Origin: a virus
IMG/VR virus record: IMGVR_UViG_3300048014_000353
Location: 74,551-138,550 of that record
Strand: one strand, 5' to 3'
DNA: 64,000 nt
Part shown: positions 1 through 9,478 of the stretch, piece after piece
Numbering within the stretch: the stretch's first letter is position 1
How the letters are laid out: each line of letters starts with the position of its first letter
Made by a program: the position numbers and the translations under genes
The notes under the pieces: model-generated
What the model saw: only the letters and a program-made list of their open reading frames with translations
What the model was told of the DNA's origin: nothing
Database searches by the model: none

Positions 1-1203
1 ACGGAAGCGGGCAAGGGCGGCGGCAACCGCGCCCTCGGCGAAGTGATGGAGCGCGGCGAGGTCGAGCTCCAGCAGTTCGACGCGACGACGCTGGCCGAGA
101 CGCTCAAGCGCGACCTGGTCTCGTGGATCGTACGGCTCAATCGGCCCGACGCGATTCACCTCGTTCCGAACATCGCGATCCACACGGAGAGCGACCCGGA
201 CCCCAAGGCGCTCATCGAGAACGCCGAACGCGTCACGGGGATTGGTGGAGCGGTCGATCTCGACCAGCTGGCTGAGGACACGGGCGTGCCGCTCGTTCCG
301 AACGAGACGGGCAAGCCGCGTCGCTCGTTCAAGAGCGACATGATCAAGCCGGAGCTCGTGCAGGACGACCTGCTCAGCCCTGAAGCCAAGAAACAAGCCG
401 CCGCCGACTCCAAGGCCAAGCTGGCCGCCGCCACGCGCCCTCAAGTCGTTGCGTCCACGCGCTCCAACGGCGTGGACACGGACGACGACCAGGCCGACGA
501 CGGCAAGCGCGACCCGAAGAAGGCCCCGGCCGCGAAACCCAACGCCAAGCCCTCGGGTAAGGTCGCCCCTAAGCCGTCCAAGTCTTCCAAGTCGTCCCCC
601 AAGGACAAGGCCGAGAAGGCGGAGAAGCCTTCGAAGGTCAAGAAGGCGACCGACGGTCTCTCCTGCGAAGAGGTGGCGCAGGCCGATGCCTTTCGGAAGT
701 TCCTCTTGTCGTCGAAGCGCGACGACAAGGAGATGGCGTACGCCGTCTACGAGGAGCTCCTCGAAGATTATCCGCCCGCGGCGCTCGATTGGATCCTTGC
801 CGCGCACTGGGAGGGTCCGATGGAGATCCCGCTCGACCAGATCGACTTCTCCCAGAGGAAGACCTGGCGCGCGGACACCGACGACCTCACGCCCTACCGC
901 GACCGCCTCAACAAGGCGCTGGCGGGCAACGGTCCGCGCAAACCCGTCATCATCGTCAAGACCCCGGGTAATCCGCTCTACCTCATCGTTGACGGCCACC
1001 ACCGGACGCTCGCCTGCCTCCTGGAGGGCGTTCCTGCCTGGGCCTACGTCGCCGAGGTACACGTCGACAACGGCCCGTGGCGCCGGCTGCACGCCGAACA
1101 GAAACGCGGCAGCAGCAAGAACGACACGTCCGTCGTCGGCTCCTCCCACGTCTACAGCCCGGACGGTGATGACGGCCTGCCGGAACACGACGACGAGAGC
1201 TGA
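1..1203 (+). CDS. Portal protein C-terminal part (Mu gp29/DUF935-like), 5'-truncated, fused to a ParB/Srx-like domain
   Basis: Frame open from base 1 (TEAGKGGGNRALGEV...DATTLAETLKRDL...LN...P, DUF935-like); Lys/Pro-rich linker; then KPVIIV...YLIVDGHHRTLA (ParBc motif); directly upstream of protease/capsid genes. Confidence 0.75.
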   Translation, partial: TEAGKGGGNRALGEVMERGEVELQQFDATTLAETLKRDLVSWIVRLNRPDAIHLVPNIAIHTESDPDPKALIENAERVTGIGGAVDLDQLAEDTGVPLVPNETGKPRRSFKSDMIKPELVQDDLLSPEAKKQAAADSKAKLAAATRPQVVASTRSNGVDTDDDQADDGKRDPKKAPAAKPNAKPSGKVAPKPSKSSKSSPKDKAEKAEKPSKVKKATDGLSCEEVAQADAFRKFLLSSKRDDKEMAYAVYEELLEDYPPAALDWILAAHWEGPMEIPLDQIDFSQRKTWRADTDDLTPYRDRLNKALAGNGPRKPVIIVKTPGNPLYLIVDGHHRTLACLLEGVPAWAYVAEVHVDNGPWRRLHAEQKRGSSKNDTSVVGSSHVYSPDGDDGLPEHDDES

Positions 1204-1288
1204 GACCGCGCGCGCCTGAGAACGGCGCGCGCGCCGACTCCGCGCGGGCGCACACGCCCGCCTCACACCCTTCCGAGGACACACGACC

Positions 1289-1720
1289 ATGCAAGTCAAC
1301 AACGTCAACGACGTCGGCATCACGCTCGCCACCGCCTGCCCGCTCTTCTCCGCGCAGATCGCAGCCGGCACCACAGCGGTCGCCGAACAGTCGGTCGGCT
1401 CGGTCGGCCCCGGCCCGCAGCAGGTCGCGATCGGCGCGATCATCCTCCAGCCCACCGGCGCGCTCGCCATCTCGGGCTCGGCGTACATCACGGTCAACGT
1501 CTACAAGCGCACGGCCGGCGGGTCGCAGACGCTCATCGGCACCATGACGACCTTCACCGGTGGCACCGCGCTCGTCGCGTTCACGCCTGTCATGCTGACG
1601 CTCCAGTCGGGCGCGGGCTCGTACCTGTCGCCCGGCGACACGGTCACGATCGCCGTCACCAACACCGGCGCCGCGTCGCAGCCGCAGTTCTCGATCAGCG
1701 GCTTCACGAAGGCCAACTGA
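1289..1720 (+). CDS. Beta-rich hypothetical protein, probable virion/head decoration protein
   Basis: GAGGA RBS; Thr/Gly/Ala-rich; located in head module. Confidence 0.55.
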   Translation: MQVNNVNDVGITLATACPLFSAQIAAGTTAVAEQSVGSVGPGPQQVAIGAIILQPTGALAISGSAYITVNVYKRTAGGSQTLIGTMTTFTGGTALVAFTPVMLTLQSGAGSYLSPGDTVTIAVTNTGAASQPQFSISGFTKAN

Positions 1721-1728
1721 CCCGGCAC

Positions 1729-4293
1729 GTGCCCGCCGTGACGACGAAACCCATCCTGCTCGACCTCGCGCCGAGCGACGTGCACACGCCGTCGTCCATG
1801 GCGACGGTGAGCGCCGCCAAGCCGGGTCTCCTGGCCAAAGCCGCGCTCGCCGTCGTCCACGACGACGGCGGTCGCATCCTCACCGTCGCCCGCCCCGAGC
1901 CGCCTCACGAGATGGCCCTTCCGGGCGGGATGATCGAGGACGGCGAGACCGAGGAAACCGCCGCCGCCCGCGAGCTGACCGAGGAAACCGGCATCAAGGC
2001 CGATGTCCTCGAGCACATCCTCGACACCCGGAGCCCCGTCGACGGCCGCGTCGTCTCGATCTTCCGCGTCACGCGGTGGTCGGGCGAGCCGTCCGCCGCC
2101 GAGGGCAACCCGGTCCAGTGGATGAAGCCGATCGACCTTGTGGCCCAGGCCACCCACTTCCGCCCGACCTTGAGGGAACTCATGCCGCACATCCTCCCCG
2201 AGGGCGAGATGGCCGAGCGCGCGAACCTCATCGACGCCGCCAAGCGCAACGCCCTGGCCGAGTCGAAGTTCGCGCTCCCCGCCCAGCGCAAGTACCCGAT
2301 CGACACGGCCGCCCGCACGCGCAACGCCGCCGCGCGTCTTGAGCAGCAAAGGAAGGCCGGCAAGATCTCCGACGCCGACTACAAGACCGCGCGCGTTCGT
2401 ATCGCCGCCGCCGCGAAGTCGTTCGGCATCGACAGCGAATTCAACGCGCGCGCCGGCTCGCCGCCGGCCGCCGCCGCCAAGCGACCCGCAGGACGCGGGC
2501 GCGGAACCATTCACGTCCGGGCCGACCTGGCTCCCGGGGGAGCTCTCCACGTGCGCCATATGACGACGAGCGAGGACGGCGCGCAGGCCTTCGTCCAACT
2601 GAGTGACGGAAGCATCGGCCTCCGCGACATCCGCGCGATCAAGCAGGGCGACGAGGTCGATCCGGCCACCGCGGGCGTGAAGCTCATCGGCAAAGCCACC
2701 TGGAGCGACGGGACGCCCAAGACCCTCGTGTGGATTCAGGTGGCCGAGTGCGGCGCCTGGCGCGGTCACCCGGCCGGTCCGTTCGAGATGACGCCCAAGA
2801 CGTTCGCCGAGATCAAGGCCAACTTCGACCAGCGCGGTCTCCCGGTCCCCTTCGACTACGAGCACGCGAGCGAGCAGGACGCGACGAGTGGCAGCATCCC
2901 GATCTCGGGCGCGCCCGCGCCGGGCTGGGTCCACAAGCTCGACAACCGCGGCATCGGCGGGCTCTGGGGCCTGGTCGAGTGGCTCGACGCCGCGCGCAAC
3001 GCGATCAAGGAAGGGTCCTACGCCTTCCTGTCGCCTGCCATCCGCTTCGGGTGCAAGCACCCGGTGACGGGGCAGCCCATCGGCGCGCGGCTCACGTCGG
3101 TGGCGCTCACCAACCAGCCGTTCCTGACGTCGCTCGACGACCTTCGCGCGGCGAAGGACGACTCGGCGCGCGAAGCGCTGCTCGCGAAGTCGCCGCTCCT
3201 GTTGAAGGGCTTCGGTGAGAACGTCATCGCCGCCGGCGGCAGCGCGCTCCTCGACCGTATGGTCCATTCCCCGTCGGGGATCCTCCCCAAGATCAAGGCG
3301 GCGCTGAAGCTGCACCCGCTCGCGACGCTGGACGACGTGTCGGGGCATCTCGGCAAGCTCCGCGAGGCCTGCATGTCGGCCGACGCGGGCGGGTCGTACT
3401 GCGGCGAGCCGCTCAGCGACTACTTGGGGCCGCTCACCGACCTCGCGAACCCCGGCCTTGGGGCGACCTACACCAACGTCCTCGACGCGCTCGACGCGTT
3501 CGTGGACGCCGAGATCGAAAAGCACGTCTTCCAAGGCGTGCCCATGCCGGACCCGCCTTCTGCGGCGATGGACGACGACTTTGATGACGGCGGAGGAGAC
3601 CTCTCCGACCGCCCGGAGAAAACCATGTCCGACAAGACCGCCACGACCCTCAAGGACGCTCAGGACGAACTCGCCAAGGTCACCGCCGTCAAGGAGTCGG
3701 TCGAGGCCGAGCGTACGCAGCTCCTCGCCGACAAGCAGACCCTCGCGACGGAGAAGACCAACCTCCTGGCGGACAAGGTCAAGCTCGAAGGCGAGAACTC
3801 GACGCTCACCCTGCAGCTCCGCGACGCGACGCAGAAGGCGACCGAGGCGGGCGAAGCCCTTTCGACTGCGAACGCGTCGATCGCCGCCGCTTCCACTGCG
3901 CTCGTCCTGAAGGACAAGGAGACGCTCGCCGAGGGTGCCGCGCGCATCGTCGCCGACAACGTGCGCCTGGCGAAGGAAGTCGCCGACATCAAGGAGGCGG
4001 GGCTCGTCGCTGCCGTAGACGACGCCTTCGCGGCGTACAGCGAGAGCAAGAAGCTCCGCGCCGAGGACAAGCCCATGATGCTCCGCTCGGCCCGCGCCGA
4101 CCGCGAAGCGTTCGATGCGCTCTACCCGCCGGTCAGCGCCGCGCACCGTCACCTCCTCACGACCGTCGTGACCCCCGAGAAGCGCCCGGAAGTGGAGCAG
4201 GCGGAGGCAAGTGACCCGATCAAGGTCATGAGCGAAACCGGCTGCAATTACGCCGAGGCGCTCGCGCGTATCAACCGCAAGAAGCCCGAATGA
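1729..4293 (+). CDS. Nudix hydrolase + DUF6582-like domain + Mu gpI-like prohead protease + coiled-coil scaffold fusion
   Basis: Nudix box GGMIEDGETEETAAARELTEETG; FALPAQRKYPI motif; WIQV..G.W.GHPAGPF, FDYEH, APAPGW, VEW, Y..LSPA, L.SVALTN.PFL (Mu protease I family); heptad-rich C-terminus. Confidence 0.85.
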   Translation: MPAVTTKPILLDLAPSDVHTPSSMATVSAAKPGLLAKAALAVVHDDGGRILTVARPEPPHEMALPGGMIEDGETEETAAARELTEETGIKADVLEHILDTRSPVDGRVVSIFRVTRWSGEPSAAEGNPVQWMKPIDLVAQATHFRPTLRELMPHILPEGEMAERANLIDAAKRNALAESKFALPAQRKYPIDTAARTRNAAARLEQQRKAGKISDADYKTARVRIAAAAKSFGIDSEFNARAGSPPAAAAKRPAGRGRGTIHVRADLAPGGALHVRHMTTSEDGAQAFVQLSDGSIGLRDIRAIKQGDEVDPATAGVKLIGKATWSDGTPKTLVWIQVAECGAWRGHPAGPFEMTPKTFAEIKANFDQRGLPVPFDYEHASEQDATSGSIPISGAPAPGWVHKLDNRGIGGLWGLVEWLDAARNAIKEGSYAFLSPAIRFGCKHPVTGQPIGARLTSVALTNQPFLTSLDDLRAAKDDSAREALLAKSPLLLKGFGENVIAAGGSALLDRMVHSPSGILPKIKAALKLHPLATLDDVSGHLGKLREACMSADAGGSYCGEPLSDYLGPLTDLANPGLGATYTNVLDALDAFVDAEIEKHVFQGVPMPDPPSAAMDDDFDDGGGDLSDRPEKTMSDKTATTLKDAQDELAKVTAVKESVEAERTQLLADKQTLATEKTNLLADKVKLEGENSTLTLQLRDATQKATEAGEALSTANASIAAASTALVLKDKETLAEGAARIVADNVRLAKEVADIKEAGLVAAVDDAFAAYSESKKLRAEDKPMMLRSARADREAFDALYPPVSAAHRHLLTTVVTPEKRPEVEQAEASDPIKVMSETGCNYAEALARINRKKPE

Positions 4294-5351
4294 TCCTCGT
4301 CCGCGACATCCAAGGGAACCCCCTCTTCTATCTGGAGGGGGATGTCGCGCGCGACAGTAGCGGCAAGCCCGTGGCCGTCGCGGTCGACAAGGACGGTGAG
4401 TCCAGACGGCTCACGAAGCACGCCGCGCGCGTGATGACCGCCACGTCGCCGGAGAGCGTCCTCATGGACCTAGCCCCGGGCGACGTGGTGACGCCGTCAA
4501 CGCAGGACGTCTACGCTATGCCCTTCGGGGACTTCGTCGCCGACCAGGTTAGCCAGGTTCGCTACGTCAAGAACGATCGCGGCGTCTACTACGCCGAGAA
4601 CGTCGCCGATGCGACGAGCCTCGTCATGGCAGTGGCGGCTGCCGACGGGACGCCGAGCGAGATCAACCCGGGCTTTGGCTCCGGATCGTTCAAGACGACA
4701 GGCTACGCGCTTGCGACGCGGCTCTCGCGTTCGCTCGTCAACAACGCCGACTTCGACCTCAAGGCGATCGCGCTCCACCGGCTGATCATCGCGCTCCGGC
4801 TCGGGCGCGAATACCGGCTCGCGCAGCTCCTCACGACCGCCGCGAACTGGGCGACCAAGAACCAGATCACTGCGACCGCGAAGTGGAATGGCGGCATCAC
4901 CGCGAACCCGCTCGCGGACCTTTTCGCCGCGCTCGCCGCTTCCGCGCTCCCCGCCAGCATGGTGGTGATGCCGGAGCTCGCCGCGCAATACTTTTTCCAG
5001 AACGCCAACTCCACCGCCATGCGCGACTACGTGCAGTCGGGCGGTGAGATGCCCAAGGTCGTCTTCGCCCGCGCGAAGTTCACGAGCGCGGGCAACGCAG
5101 CGTACATCTGGGCGCCGACGCTCCCCGCGAACGTCGCGATGGTGCGCTCCACCGACCACTTGCCGACGACGACCACCTACCGGTGGCTCGGCGACGACAA
5201 GTGCAAGGACGGCGAGCGCGCCGAAGGGATGCTCGTGCGGCAATTCTGGAGCAACACCGATGATTCGTACTGGATCATCGCAGCTCACAACGATGCCGAG
5301 CTGATGATCGCACCCACGGTGGGAGCCATCATCACCGGCGCGATGGCGTAA
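4290..5351 (+). CDS. Capsid protein paralog 1 (major capsid E-like)
   Basis: ATGA overlap with protease; RLGREYRLAQLLTTAANW and AKWNGG..ANPLADL align with the 5993 ORF (RLEREYRVASLLTTSGNW, QWDGG..ADPL). Confidence 0.75.
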   Translation: MILVRDIQGNPLFYLEGDVARDSSGKPVAVAVDKDGESRRLTKHAARVMTATSPESVLMDLAPGDVVTPSTQDVYAMPFGDFVADQVSQVRYVKNDRGVYYAENVADATSLVMAVAAADGTPSEINPGFGSGSFKTTGYALATRLSRSLVNNADFDLKAIALHRLIIALRLGREYRLAQLLTTAANWATKNQITATAKWNGGITANPLADLFAALAASALPASMVVMPELAAQYFFQNANSTAMRDYVQSGGEMPKVVFARAKFTSAGNAAYIWAPTLPANVAMVRSTDHLPTTTTYRWLGDDKCKDGERAEGMLVRQFWSNTDDSYWIIAAHNDAELMIAPTVGAIITGAMA

Positions 5352-5516
5352 CCAACCGATAGGGCCGCGCCCGCCACGAATGCGTGGCGCGGGTTTCCAC
5401 AACCACAGGGCGGCCATGCGTGGCCTCCGGACACGTCCTCCCATGCGCGCACTAGGGCGCGCGGAGCGGGCGCGTGCGGGGGACGGGCGCCTTTTTGTCT
5501 CGTCAAGGAGTCCTCC

Positions 5517-5942
5517 ATGTCCGCGACCGATTTCATTTGGGGTGGGCTGCCGATCTTCGGCGCCGACTGGACCGTCAAGAACACGAGCGGCACGGCCATG
5601 ACCTCGGGTCAGACCGTCAAGCTCGACGCCTCCAACCCGCTCTCGGCGGCGCAGGCCGCGCCCGGCGTCGTCCTCACGGCCGCCGTGACGGACTACCCGC
5701 TCGGGGTCCTCATCGAAAACATCCCCGTCGCGTCGTACGGCCGCTGCCGCGTCGAGGGGGGAGCCGTGGCCATCGCCGCCGGCGCGATCTCGGCCGGCGC
5801 CATCGTCGGCCCGTCGGGCGCGACCTCGGGTGACGTCACGACCTACACGGCCGGCGACCCGTCGCTCGGCCAGGCCCTGTCGGCCGCGCTCAACGCCGCC
5901 GACCCCATCGCCGTCCGCATCGCGATCTCCAAGAACGCCTGA
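5517..5942 (+). CDS. Capsid cement/decoration protein (DUF2190-like)
   Basis: AAGGAG RBS; small Ala/Gly-rich; G.A.AIAAGAISAGA.V...G.V, LG.ALSAA..A.D.I.V pattern; next to capsid gene. Confidence 0.7.
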   Translation: MSATDFIWGGLPIFGADWTVKNTSGTAMTSGQTVKLDASNPLSAAQAAPGVVLTAAVTDYPLGVLIENIPVASYGRCRVEGGAVAIAAGAISAGAIVGPSGATSGDVTTYTAGDPSLGQALSAALNAADPIAVRIAISKNA

Positions 5943-5992
5943 GCGCGGGACGCGGTCCTTTTCCACCTTTCACACGTTCGAGGACATTCCGA

Positions 5993-7291
5993 ATGTCGAC
6001 GCAAAAGCTCGTCTCGCTCAAGGACGTCAAGTCCAACAAGATCCAGTATCTCGACCTCGCGAGCGGCGCGCTCTACGCCGATCCGGAGGGTCGCCGCACG
6101 ATCCGTCAGCTCACGCCCACCGAGGTCGTCCTCGGCGACCGCGGGGAGCCGGTCCGTCACCCGAACGGGGATCTGATCCACTGCTCGGAGCTCGCGAACA
6201 TCGCGGTCGAGCACTACGCGCGCGGCATGGCGATCTCGATGGGTCGTTCCGTGCCTTTCGAAGTCACGCGGATGGACGGCTCCACGTCCAAGATGATGTC
6301 GTTGCGTGACGGACGCGTCGTCACCATGGACCTCGGTATCTCCGACGTACACACGGCCGCGACCCTGCCGAACTACGTCGGCGGGTACCACATCGCTGAC
6401 GGGGTCGCGGACATCGCGTCGCCCAGCATCCTCGTGCCGAAGGCCACGGACGTCTACTACACGTGGAACGCGACGTCGGACTTCAACCGGAAGATCCCGA
6501 ACATCACGTCCCCCGGCGGGGCCGTGCCCGAAGTGAACCCCGGCATCGCGAACGCGACCTACAACACGGTCAACTACGCGCTCGGCGGGTTCCTGCCGAC
6601 CGAAGTGCAGTCCAACGCGGACGCGCCCCTTCGCCCCTTCGCGAAGATGACGCAGATCATCGTGGACGGCATCCGGCTCGAGCGCGAGTACCGCGTGGCG
6701 TCGCTGCTCACGACGAGCGGCAACTGGAACAGCAACCTGGTCCAGACCATCGCGGCAGGCGCGCAGTGGGACGGCGGCGCGGCAGCCGACCCGCTCTACG
6801 TGCTGCACAAGGCGATCGAGCAGTCGTACATGGAGGACAACCTCCGGATCATCTGCTCGACGCAGCTGCTCCACGACTTCCTGCGGTCGCCGGCGATCCA
6901 GAAGTACTTCCAGTTCAAGGACAGCGTCGCAGGCGTTCCGTCGGCGCAGGCCGTCGCCGACACCCTGGGCCTCCCGCCCATCTACGCGGCGCAGATGAAG
7001 TACATCACGGGCGGCGCGCTCAACTACGTGTGGGGTTCGTCGGTCCTCCTCGTGCGCGTCCCCAAGGAGACGCCCCCCACGAGCCAGATGGAAGTCGGCA
7101 CGTCGTACACCATGCGGTGGAACGGCGGCGACGCCCCGGACGGCACGGTCTCGGGCGGGCTCCTCGTCCGCACGTACTACGACCAGAAGCGCGGTGGGCG
7201 CGGCGGCACTCAGGTCGTCGTCACGCACAACGACAGCGAGCAGATGACCTCCGGCCTCGTTGGCGGACTCCTGCTCAACGTTCACCAGTGA
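5993..7291 (+). CDS. Major capsid protein (paralog 2)
   Basis: GAGGA RBS; VAD..SP...V....YY..N, YALGGFLP.E, L.RE.RVA.L, W......DP motifs of lambda E/Mu-type capsids. Confidence 0.8.
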   Translation: MSTQKLVSLKDVKSNKIQYLDLASGALYADPEGRRTIRQLTPTEVVLGDRGEPVRHPNGDLIHCSELANIAVEHYARGMAISMGRSVPFEVTRMDGSTSKMMSLRDGRVVTMDLGISDVHTAATLPNYVGGYHIADGVADIASPSILVPKATDVYYTWNATSDFNRKIPNITSPGGAVPEVNPGIANATYNTVNYALGGFLPTEVQSNADAPLRPFAKMTQIIVDGIRLEREYRVASLLTTSGNWNSNLVQTIAAGAQWDGGAAADPLYVLHKAIEQSYMEDNLRIICSTQLLHDFLRSPAIQKYFQFKDSVAGVPSAQAVADTLGLPPIYAAQMKYITGGALNYVWGSSVLLVRVPKETPPTSQMEVGTSYTMRWNGGDAPDGTVSGGLLVRTYYDQKRGGRGGTQVVVTHNDSEQMTSGLVGGLLLNVHQ

Positions 7292-7296
7292 GCCTT

Positions 7297-7400
7297 GTGA
7301 GACGTGACTCGAAAGCGAGGCGCGTCTCACCTCGCTGCTGTACGTCCTGCCGCCTTGAGGTGCGGGACGTACGGCGGCGAGCACCTTCTCTCTCTTTACG
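7297..7400 (+). terminator. Double hairpin after the major capsid gene (terminator or processing site)
   Basis: 10-bp stem 7297-7306/7321-7330 and 20-bp stem 7331-7350/7362-7381, followed by a pyrimidine tract. Confidence 0.6.
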
Positions 7401-7412
7401 AAAGAAAGACGA

Positions 7413-7850
7413 ATGCCTCCCAAGAGCCTCGCTGGTTGGTACAAGCTGAAGAATTGGCTCTTCCGCGGTGGCGTTCATCACGCACCCGGAGATGTCGTGG
7501 AACTCTGCCACGAAGATGCCGAGACGGTGCTGAAGCACGGTACGGCGGAGTCTCACGCGCCCGTCCCGCCCGCGTCCGCCAAGGCCGTGGAGCCCGCGCC
7601 CGAGGCCCCCGCAGCCTCCGACCCGCCGGCGCCTTCGGCCGTGACGAGCGTGTCGATCACCCCCTCCGCACCCGACGCGCAGTCCGGCAAGCGCGGCGGC
7701 CCGCAGGGCCGTCCGTCGCAGGCACCGAAGGCCGACCGGTCTGTGTCCGCCAAGGACGAGAAGCCGGCGGCGAAGGACGACGACAAGTCGCCCGAGGCCG
7801 ACAAGGCCGCGTCATCGGCGCAGGGCACGCTCAGCGCTACCTCCAAGTAA
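7413..7850 (+). CDS. Small head-associated protein (N-terminal NWLFRGGVHHAPGDVVEL domain + low-complexity tail)
   Basis: Position after capsid; short domain resembling that of the 7963 ORF. Confidence 0.55.
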   Translation: MPPKSLAGWYKLKNWLFRGGVHHAPGDVVELCHEDAETVLKHGTAESHAPVPPASAKAVEPAPEAPAASDPPAPSAVTSVSITPSAPDAQSGKRGGPQGRPSQAPKADRSVSAKDEKPAAKDDDKSPEADKAASSAQGTLSATSK

Positions 7851-7962
7851 TTCGCCGCTCCGTACCGGAGCAGCAGCTCGGACCGTGATCGGGAACGTCG
7901 TCCTGGTCCGGGCTTCGTGTGTGCCGTGACGTTTCCGCCCTCGTCTAGGGGCGCCTGCTCCC

Positions 7963-8424
7963 GTGAGACCCGACCCCATGAATTCCACTGCGTCCGAGTC
8001 GCCGAAGAAGCCGAAGAAGGCGAAGAAGTCCCTCGCTACGCCCGCCGCCGCCGCGCCCCCCCCCGCGAAGGCCCCCCCCGGCGTGCGCGTGCTCAAAGAG
8101 GGCAACGGCGTGATGAGCGACGAAGACCGTCTGCTCCGCACCAAGAAGCCGACCGCTGCGGAGCGCAAGCTCGGCGGCCAGTATCGGCTGATTCACGGCA
8201 GCATCGTACTTCCGGTCCCGGAGTCCGAGCGACTTCTGCCGGACGGTACGCTCAACCCGAACGTCCAGACCGTGCGCTACGTGCAGGCCGGCGCCGAGAT
8301 CGAGCTCGACGACGAGGAGGCGGCGCGTCTCGAGGACGCGGGGCTGATCGAGCCCCTGAGCGTGAGCCCCCGCCACAGCCGCCTCGGCAAGGTGTGGAGC
8401 CCGCCGGTCAACCAGCGGATGTGA
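7963..8424 (+). CDS. Small head-associated protein (Lys-rich N-terminus, AGAEIELDDEEAARL..AG.IE domain)
   Basis: Motif typical of small post-capsid phage proteins; ATG at 7978 is an alternative start. Confidence 0.55.
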   Translation: MRPDPMNSTASESPKKPKKAKKSLATPAAAAPPPAKAPPGVRVLKEGNGVMSDEDRLLRTKKPTAAERKLGGQYRLIHGSIVLPVPESERLLPDGTLNPNVQTVRYVQAGAEIELDDEEAARLEDAGLIEPLSVSPRHSRLGKVWSPPVNQRM

Positions 8425-8462
8425 TTCGGCCCGTCCCGTTCCCCTTTCGGAGGTCTTGAGCC

Positions 8463-8957
8463 ATGGCGTCGATCTTCGGCCTCACGGCGACCGACCTCGC
8501 GAACGCGACGAGCAACGACACGTTGCTCGCGTGTACGGACGACTCGACCCCGACGTCGCCCGGGGGGACCGGAACGCCGAACCCCACCATCATCGCGGCT
8601 CTCATCGATCGCGCCGAGCAGGAGGTCATGTCGTGGCTCGTCACCGAGCTCGGCCCGCCTCCGCTCAGTAGTGTGCTCATGGCGCAGCTCGCGGCCGACC
8701 CGTTCCTGAAGTACGCGGCGCTCGAGTACGCCGTCGCGCTCATGTACGACCGGCACCCGGAGTATACACGCACCGGCACCGATCGCAGCGAGCGCATGAA
8801 GCGCGCCGACCAGCGCATGGAGCGCGTGCTCGACGCGCGTCAGCGCCCACCCACGGTCCCCCAACCGCCGGCGAACGTCGGCGGCACGGTCGTGGACAAC
8901 GGGCCGCGCATCTACATCGACAGCGCAAACGGCACAAAAAATGCCGGCGATTACTAG
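8463..8957 (+). CDS. Head-tail adaptor (Mu gp36/DUF1320-like)
   Basis: T..DL......L..CTDD...IIAALI.RA..EV.S.L.....P.PL pattern; synteny. Confidence 0.75.
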   Translation: MASIFGLTATDLANATSNDTLLACTDDSTPTSPGGTGTPNPTIIAALIDRAEQEVMSWLVTELGPPPLSSVLMAQLAADPFLKYAALEYAVALMYDRHPEYTRTGTDRSERMKRADQRMERVLDARQRPPTVPQPPANVGGTVVDNGPRIYIDSANGTKNAGDY

Positions 8958-8966
8958 CCCGCGCGC

Positions 8967-9461
8967 GTGGAGGCTCCGATGACGTCTCCCATCACGATCA
9001 CCATCGAGGGGCCGGAGGAGATCGACCGCGCGTGGAAGTCGGAGTTCGTGCCGCACCTGCGCGTCGCCTGCCTTCGCGCGGCGATGGCGGCGGCGAACGA
9101 AGGCGCCGCGCTCGCCAAGCGCCTGGTGCCCGTGAGCCTCGTGCCGCGCGGTAGCCACCTCCGCGACGTCATCTACGCGCGCATCGTGGACGTCGACGAG
9201 AAGGGGGTAACGACGGAGATCGGTGCGCCGAAGCCGTACGCCATCTTCGTCGAGCAGGGGACCAAGCCCCACACGATCACCGCCAAGAGCGGCAAAGCTC
9301 TCCGGTGGACCGGCCCTGACGGCGCGGTGCACCTGGCCAAGAGCGTCCACCATCCCGGTACGAAGCCGCACCCCTTCATGGGGCCGGCGTACCTGAAGGC
9401 CGAGCGCGCACTCCCGGCCGTCCTCGAGACCGAGATCGAGGCGGTCATCGAACGCTTCTGA
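8967..9461 (+). CDS. HK97 gp10-like neck/tail component
   Basis: YAIFVEQGTKPH...HPGTKPHPFMGPA motif. Confidence 0.8.
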   Translation: MEAPMTSPITITIEGPEEIDRAWKSEFVPHLRVACLRAAMAAANEGAALAKRLVPVSLVPRGSHLRDVIYARIVDVDEKGVTTEIGAPKPYAIFVEQGTKPHTITAKSGKALRWTGPDGAVHLAKSVHHPGTKPHPFMGPAYLKAERALPAVLETEIEAVIERF

Positions 9462-9478
9462 ACGAGGACCATCCGCAC

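Noticed and set aside
1207-1233. Intrinsic terminator after portal
   Set aside because: Perfect 10-bp stem but no U tract; at most a stabilising hairpin
5393-5406. DnaA-box-like TTTCCACA in the capsid spacer
   Set aside because: Single imperfect match inside a hairpin-rich spacer; no origin context
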